A stretch of 64,000 bases of DNA from Eledone cirrhosa (lineage: Eukaryota). Under the pieces are notes generated by a model. It searched no databases and had not been told where the DNA came from. It saw nothing but the letters and a program-made list of their open reading frames with translations. A program made the position numbers and the translations under genes. Position 1 is the first letter of the stretch. The number at the start of each line of letters is the position of its first letter. Where the stretch lies: contig OZ024742.1 in the NCBI GenBank assembly GCA_964016885.1, forward strand, positions 78,678,001-78,742,000, written 5' to 3'. Positions 50,901 to 63,168 of this stretch are shown here, piece after piece.

Positions 50901-51694
50901 CAGACATGTATAACAACATGCATATACATAAATATATATATATATAGCATGCATATTCCCGAGTTGTGTTGGGGGTAACCACAGTTGAAAAAGTTACTAA
51001 ATACATTGTTAGAGTATAAACATTTTTATTATATATAGAAGTGACTTCTACAAGATTAGAATTGGTTCATTCAAATTAAATCATCAGGAATGTCCTGATA
51101 TGTATATGCATGTATGTGTGTGTGTATATATATATTTATGTCATGTCCTTCTCAAGTGCTACTGTAACATGTAACCCAATACAACCTGTCCCATGGTTGG
51201 GTCATCGGCAACTAAACTGGCAGCCTCACCAAGCTAGCTTGATGAGGAGAGTGATATTTGGACACCCTACAGAATGAAATACAAGACTCGGCAAAGAGTG
51301 GAGGAACTCAGCAGAGTCAATGGCCATCCAAATAGTATTTTGTTTTTTTATCTGGGAGTGAAAGGCCCCCAGTTGTTGTCACAACACCTTTCTAAGAGAG
51401 GGGAAACTCTGAAAAAAAAAAAACCTGTGGCTTCGAAAGCATCTGATGATGTTGGCCAGTTCTCCTTTTCAGGTAGTGTTTTCAATACTCAGAGAGTGGG
51501 ATTGGTTGAGTACAAGGCCTTTCCCCACTTAAAAAACATTCAAAGCACAGGCATTGCTTGTTCAGGATATGTTACAGATTCATGTGGTTGACTGTAGCCT
51601 AAAAATGCACCAAACTATAATCTGACAAGCGATTGCAATACACTTAGCAGAGTTTGCAGCCATCATATATATATATATACATATATATATAAAG

Positions 51695-52027
51695 GGTAAA
51701 AAACCCCTTCAGTCATGGATGACCATGGGATTTGCACCTAGAAAGTTCCCCTCCGAGGCATAAGTCCACGCAAGGTTGTTTGTGGAAGACCAGCAGATGC
51801 CCATGTATACCAGTCTCCCCTTTCAATGCCACCAATGTTGTCTACAGGAAAAACAATATAGCTTAGCACCAGTGACGTCACAACTCATTTCTACAGTTAA
51901 GTGAACTGGGGCAATGTCAAATAAAGTGTTTTCCTCAAGAACACAACGCAAAGCCCGGTCCAAGAATTGAATTCACAACCTCATCATTGTAAGCCCAACG
52001 CTCCAACCACTAAGCCATGTGCCTTCA
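51695..52027 (-). mobile_element. tRNA-derived SINE S2, near-complete copy between microsatellites
   Basis: Reverse reads GAAGGCACATGGCTTAGTGGTTGGAGCG...GAATTCAATTC...CTTGAGGAAAACACTTTATTT. Confidence 0.7.
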
Positions 52028-52028
52028 C

Positions 52029-52079
<51 letters not shown>

Positions 52080-53166
52080 TTTGTGTGTATAATAAAACGT
52101 CAAATGTGTATATACAAATTATGCTTTGAAATATCAGATTTACTTCATGTCTTTCTAAGAACAATAGATATATGTATGTTAAGTGATTTCAAATAAGAAA
52201 TGAAAGCAGGTCACACTTATCAATAGATTTGGGATCTTATTGCTTCAAGACAACCATCAAGATTGCTGTGAAAAGTAGCATGTAGTAAACATACTCCCAA
52301 AGTAGATATAAGTATTGATACAATGCTTCAAATATGAGAAGACAGAAAGTAATTTAGTGTTTAGAAAATATTATCAGATTAGACATAAACATTGACTGGC
52401 AAAACTAAAATCTTTTGTGACCATAATTCTAAGGAAATACACTGCCTATGTTTTTTGTTTAGTGTTATAAATAATTGTTTCTACTTTCGACACAAGGCCA
52501 GCAATTACCCAGTACATTACTGGTACTTTATTTGATTGACCTCATAAGGATAAAAGGCAAAGTTAACCTTGGCGGGATTTGAACTCAGATGGTTCAAATA
52601 ATTTAATCTTTTAAGGGGTTTAGTAAAATAAAAAAATTTTCAAAACAATACATAGCGAAGAGATTGGACATTGAAGCACTGAGAATTAATGCACAGCGTC
52701 TGGGAAATATGAGGTTCAAATCTTCATAGCAGCTAATGGCGAATTTTAAGGGTTTTCACACTATTTTATAAGCTATTTCATAGCATCTCAGCGCATGAGC
52801 ACATCATACTTTACATTAATTGTTTTAATTTTAAGAAATTATGATAGGGAGTTCTAATTTAAATATGAATATATGAAAATAAAAATGTTTGTAACAAAAT
52901 GTGAAAGAGAGTTATTCAGGGAATATTCTCAATGAAGATATAAGCATTGACTGAATGAATATGCAAGGAATTATATGAGAATTGAAACAAATATTTGTTT
53001 TGAATGTGGGAAATATTCCTTGTGTAGTAATGACACAGAATATATCTAAAGGTTAACTAGAATAGGAAATAATGCATAATACACCGATCATCAACAATTA
53101 TTTTTATATATATATCATCATCATCACCGTTTTACGTCCGTTCTTCCATGCTAGCATGGGTTAGAC

Positions 53167-53203
<37 letters not shown>

Positions 53204-53324
53204 AATCACTGCAGTTCTTAACAAGAAGAGTTGAAATTAATGCAATGAAGATTTCACAACATTAACATCAATTCATCGTCAACCTATGAACTTTTCAGTC
53301 AACACTCGTACATGAACATATAAC

Positions 53325-53541
53325 GGAATGATCGACTTTCGTCAAATCGGACCGAGGAAACAATGTTTGCCGTTGGTCTTTCCAATTGCTAATACTATCT
53401 ATCGGTCGCAACTCCAGGTAGAAGGAGCAACGTGAAATAAAATATCTTGCTCAAAGACATAACGCATCGCCTGGTCCAGGAATCAAATTCACAACCTTAC
53501 GATTACGAATCCAATTCTCTAACCACTCAGCCACATGCCTT

Positions 53542-53545
<4 letters not shown>
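53325..53545 (-). mobile_element. tRNA-derived SINE, S2-related
   Basis: Same head as 15100 and 52027; body GTCAAATCGGAC..AGGAAA.AATGTTT shared with 50628-50800. Confidence 0.65.
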
Positions 53546-53577
<32 letters not shown>

Positions 53578-53661
53578 AAAGTTAAACAGAAATAACAACA
53601 CAATCGGTACAGTATATGGGAGGGATATATTAGGTTAACGCTTGATATAGCAGGAAGAGGG

Positions 53662-53697
53662 TCTTGACGTTTGGGACGCTAGTCCTTCATCAGAAGA
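53662..53697 (-). ncRNA. Minimal type I hammerhead ribozyme with one core substitution, in a Penelope-like fragment (~53575-53800)
   Basis: UCUU-CUGAUGA-A-GGAC-uagc-GUCC-CAAA-CG-UC-AAGA; GAAA changed to CAAA. Confidence 0.75.
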
Positions 53698-53821
53698 AAG
53701 AATGAGAAATAAGATAGATTGAGGGGACGGGTGGGTTGGAATTGGAAAAAATGTCTTTAGATAAAAATAACAGGTCCATTCATATTGACATGTCCTGCAA
53801 AACACACACACGCACATATAT

Positions 53822-54355
53822 ATCATCATCATCATCATCATCACCGGTTTAGGTCTGTTCTTCCACGCTAGCATGGGTTAGATTGGTTGTCCTGTTGTGG
53901 GCAGTAGCCAGTCGGCTGACCATGCCTTGCTCATACGGGAACTGATTCTGGCTTGATTTCTACAGCTGGATGCCCTTCCTAACACCAACCTCATTTACAG
54001 TGAGTGCTGGGTGCTTTTTTTCCATGGCGCCTACACGTCCACTTTACAGTGTGGGTTGGGTGCTTTTTTGCCATGGCACCTCCACGACCACTTTGCAGTG
54101 GGAGGGTGTGGGGGGCATAGTGTCTATATGCTTCAGCTTCGGCTTGTACCCGTGGGAGGTCGGGTCTTCTGTATTACTGCGTGACACTAGAGGTCACGGT
54201 CGTGTGTCATCGCCTTTGAGAGGTGTAATTGGGTACGGTCGGCTTTTATCACCTCATCGACTTCGAGTGCTCTGCACCTATTTTTGCAGCTAGCAGTGGC
54301 AGTAGTTCCCTGAACTTCTTCCATCCCGTTCTTACCCTAGTTATTGTACTTTCCG

Positions 54356-54360
<5 letters not shown>
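53822..54360 (-). mobile_element. RTE family A2 3' fragment with internal deletions
   Basis: Tail, 3' UTR and ORF end match 25867-26290, then jumps to the 26340 and 26640-26712 equivalents. Confidence 0.88.
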
Positions 54361-54389
<29 letters not shown>

Positions 54390-54402
54390 CATCATCATCA
54401 CG

Positions 54403-54433
<31 letters not shown>

Positions 54434-54435
54434 TA

Positions 54436-54621
54436 CGACGGTCGACTGTAAACTTTGTATGCTGACTATGAAGGAAAGATGCTAGTACTGTGAAATCTTG
54501 ATAGTATTAATTTCAACTATACTTATTAATAACTGCAGTGATTCTCTCCAGAAACTATGTTGAAAACTAAACCTCATTTGGTCATTCCATTTTAGCATAT
54601 GAACTTTTCAGCTAACCATTG
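54436..54621. mobile_element. Tc1/mariner-type MITE, decayed
   Basis: TA-CGACGGTCGACTGTAAACTTTG ... GAACTTTTCAGCTAACCATTG-TA; internal similarity to 35551-35957. Confidence 0.5.
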
Positions 54622-55005
54622 TATCTTGTTTTCATGATGTGGCATTGTCTCATTTTGTTGAATGACTCATGTTCTGTACAATCATTTCTTATTTTGTCTA
54701 TTCAATAGTAGCTCTAGAGCCTTATAAGCTACTGATGCAGCACTAGTTCTGGTCTGACTATATGCATTGACAACGGCTTGTAAGTTAACCTATCATAACT
54801 GTATTATTACATAACCTACAGTCAGTGGCTGAAGAAGAAAACTTTGTTTTCCACATGTCTGAGTCCATTAAATGATTTTGTGTTCTTGTGATCATTTTCC
54901 TACCTCTCCTTGATTGAAGATGCACATAAATTTAATCTATACATAGTTCAATAATAAACAAGACAAACACAGAGATGTAAAAACACAGTCTCATGAGTTT
55001 CACAC

Positions 55006-55041
<36 letters not shown>

Positions 55042-56867
55042 CGTGTGTGTGTGTATCATCATCATCATCGTTTAACGTCCATTTTGCATGCTAGCATAGG
55101 TTATATGGTTTGTCTTGTTTGTGGCAAATCGGGTCAGGTGACTATGTCTTGCTCATACAGATCTGTTTCTGGCTTGGTCTATATATATATAGATATAGAT
55201 AGATAGATAGATCATCATCATCATTATCATTATCCTTTAACATATATATATATATATTGTTAAATAAGAATGTTGACAAAGATGATGATGATAATGCTGA
55301 ACTAAAGAAAGCAATCAATTTTACAGTGCTACTAATGTTTATTAGATACAATCTATGCCAGAGTTATATCTATTTACAAAGCAGGTGGACTGGACTATTG
55401 AGAATTTTAAATATGTCAGCCATATTAAGGCTAGTGTGTATATGGGCTACAATCTGACATCCCTCGACTGCTTGCCAGTAGTATTCTATTTACTCGGCCA
55501 CCCAAGTCCTCTTTTGCATATATGTTTATACTAGAATGATGAACATACTGATTTTTATGGGAATAACTATTTTTAGAGCTGGATAATAAGTAACCCTATG
55601 CAAAAATTACTTATCAAGATCTATTTGAAAATGTGGTCATGTGTGTTTGTCTCAACACATATTCACATTCAAGCCACGTGGACATTTGGTGGCCTCTTGT
55701 ATAAAAAATACACCCCCACAGCTCAACAGCTTGGTGTCTAAAACTCAGGGGAACAAGTACCACACTTAAAAAAACATATAACAGAAGGACCTGTGGCTGT
55801 AGAATACTGCCTCAAAAAGCCTTATTCAATGCATGATAGCATGGTAAAATGATGATGATGATACCGTTTAAAATGATGATGATGATACCGTTTTACCTAA
55901 AAGGACAAAATAATGAATACTAACTGAAAATAAGGATAGGGGTGTAGGGAAGGAGAACAGCCATAGTGACAACAACAACAACAAATATAACAGTAGTAAG
56001 GAAGACAATTACCACATCAAGGGTAACAACAACAGCAGTAATTATTTCCCTCTAATTAAGATTAATAACTTAACTGGAACAAATTTCTCAATGAAAATGA
56101 TTCAAATTCTATGACTTTTAGAATACCATGGACATTTCACTCTTCTTTTTTTTTTTTTTTTAACATTTTTACATGTTTGTTTTTTTTTTTCATTTTATTT
56201 CAACATTTCCTCATTTTTTTCTCTTGCAATTTCTTCTATTTATTTAGATTTTTTTTTCCTTTTTCCGTTTCTCTCAATCGTCTAATTGGTGATTGCACAA
56301 AGGTGAAAAAGTGGAGGATAATAATTAATTAACTCCACCAATCAATATAATAATGCTCCAGAATTATTTCCAGACGTATTGAATTAGAGAAAAATGATAT
56401 TTCTAACAAAATCAAATGGTCAGCACAGATTTGTATTAAAAATGGAAATAAACGAAAACAAAATACGGTATCCACTCCCCACAAGAAAAGAAAACAAAAA
56501 CAAAAATAATAACAGAAATAAAATAAAACAAAAAACATTCCACTTTGAAAGCCTGTTTGATCTGACCAATAAGAGTCTGAGGAAACAAGATGGAGAAAGT
56601 TTCAAATTTCTCTTCCCTCTTTTGTCATCATCAACAATGATGAGCTGTTTTGGTCATTTAAATATAATTAGGTACCATAAGGCCAAGTTGTTAGGGTTTT
56701 AGACAAATATTTTGTAGTATTTGTTCTATCTCTCTGCAACATCTGATGCTCAAACAATTATGTAAATCCACTGCCATAAAATGGTACTTTTTTATCAACC
56801 TTGAAAGACTCAAAGGTAAAGCTGAACTTCGTGGGATTTGAACTCAAAATATGAAATCTTGGAACAA

Positions 56868-57058
56868 ATAATTGTTTCGACCTTTGGCACAAGGCCAGCA
56901 ATTATTCCAGTGCATTACTGGTGCTTTATTTTATCAACCCATAAGGATGAAAGGCAAAGTTAACTTTGGCAGGATTTGAACTCAGACCGTAAAGGGCCGT
57001 AACTCTATGCTGCAAAGCATGGCGAATGACCCTCTACCAATACTGCCAATCCACTGCC
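56868..57058 (-). mobile_element. tRNA-derived SINE, family S1
   Basis: Colinear with 7129-7323. Confidence 0.8.
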
Positions 57059-57125
57059 TAAACCTGGAACAAATAAGACAAAGTAATTATTCTACACTCC
57101 AACACCTGTCAATTTACTGCCTTAA

Positions 57126-57445
57126 CCCTTTAGCATTCACAAAATCTGCCCCGGTTGAGCTAAACATGGTCCTATGACCTCATTCTCTCTCTAAGGGTCA
57201 ACTCGTCCTACCCATGCTAGCGTGGAAGATGGACGTTAAACAATGATGATCATGATTACTCTATATTTACTATTATATTTTCATGGTAAACACTTTATTT
57301 CCCAAAATATTGAATCTAGAGATTTTGATATTTGTTATTTTGAGAACAATACCATAACATAAGCATGAGCAGCCAGTCATGGCAGTCTGAACAGAAAGAG
57401 GTGAGAGAATTCTGGCCAGATACAGTTGGTTTAAATGCTAAAGAG
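57126..57445. mobile_element. piggyBac-type MITE containing an RTE tail insert (~57195-57250)
   Basis: TTAA-CCCTTTAGCATT ... AATGCTAAAGAG-TTAA; same TIR as 35618. Confidence 0.75.
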
Positions 57446-58486
57446 TTAAATATAAACTAAAAAGTTTTTTGTTAGTCTGTGTTCTCAGCTAAAAATATAC
57501 CCATGGGATAAACCTACAGTAAAATCATTAAATAATAAATGTCTTTGATAAAAATACTTATCTCTTATGGTTTGTAGTTAACTGCAGAAAGTCTTCATAA
57601 GATACTAACTCAAGTATTTGTCAACTACGTTTCTTTGGCAAGCTATTGAGAATGCCTAGAAAATGGCATAAAATTGCACTGAAATACGGATAAAATATAA
57701 AGATAGACTTCTAAAAGTTTTGAAAGATAATTAACCAGAAATTCCACATATAGAAATGGATGAGTTGGGATTTGAAAGGTAATTAACTAAGGATTCCACA
57801 TATAGAAGTATATGATTTGGGAGTTCAGTCACTGAAAAAAAAAAACACCCTGCCACCCTACCCTCTCCTTTCAATGACAAGCAATGCTTTCAATGCAACT
57901 TGTCAGTTAAGCTAAGTCTGTATAATAACATACATAATTCTTCCACCCATGAAATGGAGAAAATAGTTGTCAGCTGCTATATAACATTTAAGAAATAAAA
58001 ACAAAAATGTTACATGTTGCTCAGTTGGTTTTGATGATGAGTGTTTCAGTTGTTTGGTCAACAGAATTACCTACTTGTTAAATTAAAGTGTAAATGGCTG
58101 AGTATTCCACATACACAGAGATTCAGCAAGACACTGTGCATGACAAGGCTAGCTTTTTGTCTTACAGTCCTTTTCATGGGCTTCCACGTAGTTTCCCTAT
58201 TCCCCATATCATTCCCAGGGCTTGGGTTATAGTAAAATATACTTGTTTAAGATACCACACAATGGGACCAAACCTGCTACCAAGGTACACAAAGCTGTGT
58301 TCAGTAATGGAGTAATGCTGTGCAATAAAAAATAAAATTGATAATAATAATTATAATAATAATTGTTTCTACTTTTGGCACAGGCATTACTAGTATTTTA
58401 TTTTACCGACCCCGTAAGGATGAAAGGCAAAGTTAACCTTGGTGGGATTTGAATTCACTGAAGCTAACTTTGCCTCAGTAATAATA

Positions 58487-58672
58487 AATAATTGTTTCTA
58501 CTTTTGGCACAAGGCCAGCAATTATCCAGTACATTACTGGTACTTTATTTTATCGACCCCGTAAGGATGAAAGGCAAAGTTAACTTCGGCGGGATTTGAA
58601 CTCAGTTCGTAAAGGGACGTAACTGTGCTGCAAAGCATGGTGTCTGACCCTCTACCGATACTGCCAATCCAC
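58487..58672 (-). mobile_element. tRNA-derived SINE, family S1 (partial copy just upstream at ~58360-58455)
   Basis: Colinear with 7129-7323. Confidence 0.8.
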
Positions 58673-59400
58673 AATGGTGATGATTATGTAAACGGGGGTG
58701 GTCATTGTGGTGTTTGAGGGGTAATGTCAATGATAGTGGTGATGGTGATGACAGGAGAAATGTTGACAATGATGATGATAATGTTAACACAGATTCAAGG
58801 CTAGAGAAATCACTTGTTTAAATCAACCCTAATATTTGACTGGTACTTTATATTATCAGCCTCAGAGGGATGAAAGGCAAAGCTGGGACCATTTTAAGAT
58901 TTAAACTCAGAACTGGAAACAATGCCATGAAGCATTTTGTCTAATGCTCAAACAATTCACTCAAGTTGCTCAACCCTCAATAACAACAACAACAATAAAT
59001 AAATAAATGAATAGAAAATAATATTAATACATTCTAAAGTAGAATTGTCTACAGACTTACAATTTATGAGACATTAATTTCTGTCACTTGTATTGTAGAA
59101 AATAAAAAATAAATTCAAAAGGAAAGTTAAGGGGATGTAATGGATTAGATGCTTACTCTTTAATGTATCTTATCTACTTTAAAGCCTTAATGTCTTCTAA
59201 GCTGAATCTTATTGCAGTTGACATTAGCTTTCTTTCAGTGAAAGATCAGTAAAATGACTGCAACTTATTAGTCACATATTGCAGCACTATAGCTGATTGA
59301 CAGAACAAAATAAAAAAAAAAAGGCTTGTATCTAGTAATGATATCAATGTTTGATTCTGCCTTATGTTTTTCCATAACTGTTGCTGACAACTACTGAAGT

Positions 59401-60190
59401 AGTTATTAGATAAATAGATATGTTTCTTTTATTTGCCACTAGGGCATCAAAAGTGGGACAAGTACAAAGGGGGGAGTTTACACAAAAAGGCGTCCCCAAT
59501 AAGGAGGAGGCAATAACAAAATATAAAAATAAAATAAGATATAACAAAAAATAAAATTTTTAACAAAATCCTCAATAGAGAGGAGGCGCCTTGGGGGGTC
59601 GCACACACCCCCGAAAAAAGTGTGCAACCCTTCTCCTCAGGAGCACAGAGAAGGGGTGCTCCCTTGGTCTTTCATCTTCCTCACCTATAGTCTGATGTAG
59701 AGTGAAGGCCCATTCACACGGGCCATTCTCGCCACTTTCACCCATCTTTCATAGAAACGGCTGGGGTGCAGCACCTCTCTCTCCATCCTGATCCTTCTTC
59801 CGAAATGATATCGGAAGAAACGGACCAGTTGTTGGCCAGAGAGAAAGGTGCCTGACCTCAGTCCTTTCAGACGCGTCCACCATACAACCTCTTTCGCCAT
59901 GGCTATTACGCACAGAAACACCGCCTCTGCTTCATCTTTGAAGGGGGGAGGCGGCTTGATCATTACAATAGACTCGGTGGTCAACCGGATCGGTCCCACC
60001 CTTGACAGCAGTTGTTCGACATAGCCCCACAGATCGGCAATGCCCGAGCAGTGTACCAATGCGTGTGCAACGGTTTCCTCGTCGCACACGCATCTGGGAC
60101 AGATCTTTAGTCGGGGTCCCTACCCGGGCGCCCGTGTCTGTAGAGCCTTTCTCGAACGGGTAAAGCCCCTCGGTAGCACTGCCAGGCCAT
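59401..60190 (-). mobile_element. L1/Tx1-like LINE 3' fragment (C-terminal CCHC region and 3' UTR)
   Basis: CPRC...EETVAHALVHC...LW motif in the frame ending at 59685; GC-rich; T-rich UTR. Confidence 0.75.
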
Positions 60191-60573
60191 ATATTCCTGT
60201 CTGCTTGTCAGTCAAGCTGTGTGACTGCATGAATGAGTAAATATTATATATGATATACATAAATAAAAGGAGTGTGTTGCTGTTGTTGTTGTTGTTGTGG
60301 TGGTGGTGGCTGTAGTTGTTTTAGCACAGTTATTAGATAAATAGATAGAAGGATAAGTAGTTCTTTTGGTGTGGGAGGTGAATGGTCAGGGCAGGAAACA
60401 GCTGCCTTTGCAAAACAGTAAAAAGACACTCATATATTCCTGTCTGCTTGTCAGTCAAGCTGTGTGACTGCATGAATGAGTAAATATTATATATGATATA
60501 CATAAATAAAAGGAGTGTGTTGCTGTTGTTGTTGTTGTTGTGGTGGTGGTGGCTGTAGTTGTTTTAGCACAGT
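60188..60573. repeat. 143-bp direct duplication (60188-60330 and 60431-60573) with a 100-bp spacer
   Basis: Both copies read CATATATTCCTGTCTGC...TTAGCACAGT. Confidence 0.93.
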
Positions 60574-61200
60574 GGAGTTCTGATTGAGCTGATCTATGAT
60601 TAAATGACATTATAGCAGCAATCATCCAATATTTTTTCTTCTTTTAAATACAGTGTATATAGGACTATGAAGGTCTGTCTTGAGCCTGGAGGCTCATCAA
60701 GACAGTGATTATCCTGGTTTCCATGCCATGAATTAACAGTGTACAACACTCCCCATTGAACAGAACTCCAGTCCAATGCAGGATTAAACCCCCAGCTACA
60801 GCTGGTACTCATTGTCAGTTGAGTATAATGGAATAACATGACATGATGTGTGTTGCTCAAGAAAAGAATACATAACCCTATCCAGGAATCAAACTCACAA
60901 CATTATGATTGCAAGTACAACACCCTTACCACTAGGCTACACACCTCCACATTTGGGACTATGGTATATGTAATATATTGTCTATTTTAACAATACCACC
61001 AGACCACCACACCTTTGGGTGCTTTAGCAGAGTTCCTTCTGTTACCAACTTTCAAGTCAAATCATTGACCTTGTCTGAGACAACTTCCTCTCTTTTCTCC
61101 ATATGTCTCAAAAGGCCCTGCAAAGGGGATTTCTACTGCATTTACTCTTCTGACTAAACCATAAAGCAAATATATCATGATATATATCTTCCCTTTTTAA

Positions 61201-61416
61201 CCCTTTTGTTACCAACCAGGCCAAAACTGGCTCTGGTTCTATGAAATAAAATCACCTCCTTTGAAGGTTACCAATTTAAATTAAATACATCCAACATAAT
61301 TTTATATAAACTTTACATTGGTAATGAAATAATTAATAATTTTAGTAAATCTTTCCAAATTCTTCATTAATTAATTGAAATAGAGTGTATTTCATTTGAA
61401 ATAAGATCATGAAGGG
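61201..61416. mobile_element. Decayed piggyBac-type MITE
   Basis: TTAA-CCCTT ... AAGGG-TTAA ends. Confidence 0.5.
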
Positions 61417-62327
61417 TTAAAATGATAGTGTGGAATGTAAGGGCAATTTGGCAGCTAATTCTAGTAAGTCAAGCAGCTACATAAATATTCCTTCACTTGA
61501 CTCAATAAGAAAAGGTTTCAAGAAGCTACATAGGTACATAGCTACATTTCTGGCAAGCCAGATGTGTGTATGTATGAGTGTGTGTGCACATGCATGTGTC
61601 AGTATGAATGAATGGCAGATTCATGGAAGAAATATAATTACAGAGAAGAGAAATATGGCCACTGAATCCAGATAATCTGTGGCAACTGGAGAAGTTTATT
61701 AGGAGTTGATTATAGTTGCTCAATACACATCATAAATTTATGAGATAGCTTGAGAGCAAATGAGCTAAGAAAATTGTTGGAAATCAAAGACAATGTCTGA
61801 TATATTTAGGGAAGATGACTCTACATTGGTGAACACCTGAAATGCATATGGATGATGCATGTTGATGAGGTGATATCAGCTAGTGGTGGATATGATAATA
61901 TAGCAAAAGTAGGAAGATAGATATAGTTATGCTGCAACATCAAAAAGCATGGAAATATATTATAATGTAAATATGTTCAATTTCTGGCTAGTATTGGAAA
62001 TCAAATAATATAAGCTTGATGGTGGTCGGGGTGGTAATGATAATGATGGTATTTTTGAAATCTTAATATTGCTGCTCAAATATCAACTATGGTGGAGGAC
62101 TGACAACTTTATATATACAATGACATCGCAAATTATACAAAAATACACAAATATGCAGCCTACATTAACATATAAATATCATATATAGGTAGCCAAATTA
62201 CCAACAGGCATATGCATACACACAGCATGTATTCAATATATTTTCACACACATACTAAACATCCTCTCCTACATATAATCACACATGCAAAGGTCTAACT
62301 CACACACATATCTAATCATGCACACAT

Positions 62328-62370
<43 letters not shown>

Positions 62371-62375
<5 letters not shown>

Positions 62376-63121
62376 GTTTACATATATATATATATATATA
62401 TATGTGTTTTGCAACGGGTCACTTTGTGGCTCAATGAAGAGTTAATAAATTAAATAATCAGAGCTATATATCATAAAACATGTCTATAGAATCACCAGAT
62501 AAAATATATACCGTTTCCTCTCCCAATTAGCATAATTAACCATATAAAAAATCAATTAGACCAAGCTATAAGAATAAAGGCTCCTATGAAGAAATCTCCG
62601 ACAAATAACCGAAAGCAGCCCTTCGCGGATGGTTGCGACGGAGTATTTATCGAGTATTTGGACAGCGTGTATAAATCGACCAAATATACAGTCAACTAAA
62701 CAGAATTAGGTGTAAAATAAACTAGAAGAAAAGTGAACATATTTAGTTACCTCTACCATGGTTTCGTCCGCATTTTAAGATATCCGATAAGATTGGAAAT
62801 CTAGAGCACCGGACTCTTCAGGAGTTAGCTCAAATTTAGACAATTAATTTTCCAAAGTGATCGCGCCAAGAATACATTAAAAAATGGCTAAGAATCGTGA
62901 AGTTAGAAAGGATGTGATTAGTTGCTTACGGCTGGTAGGCTTTTTGCTAGAAAGCGCAGCCCAATACAGCCAAAATTGTATCTCAACCTAAAGGGAGATT
63001 ATTACATATAAAGGTTTACATATATATATATATATGTGTTTTGCAACAGGTCACTATGCTAATTGGGAGAGGAAACGGTATATATTTTATCTGGTGATTC
63101 TATAGACATGTTTTATGATAT
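62371..63121 (-). mobile_element. Non-coding hammerhead-bearing retroelement (retrozyme or Penelope pseudo-LTR-like)
   Basis: Direct repeat 62371-62423 / 63009-63055; inverted repeat 62468-62534 / 63055-63121; central hammerhead; no ORF of 60 aa or more in the unit; flanked by (TA)n. Confidence 0.75.
62745..62830 (-). ncRNA. Type I hammerhead ribozyme, intact catalytic core
   Basis: AGCUAACUC-CUGAAGA-GUCCG-[39-nt hairpin]-CGGAC-GAAA-CCAUGG-UA-GAGGUAACU; predicted cut after GUA, between 62754 and 62753. Confidence 0.85.
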
Positions 63122-63168
63122 CTCTATATATATACATATCTATCTATCTAGCCGCCGCTGCCGCCGTC

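Noticed and set aside
51141-51660. Structured, more GC-rich segment resembling a retroelement leader
   Set aside because: Single copy in the window with no diagnostic motif; cannot be assigned
54829-54865. CTGAAGA followed by a hairpin; similar partial hits at ~49534 and ~59635
   Set aside because: GAAA and stem I pairing are missing, so not called as hammerheads
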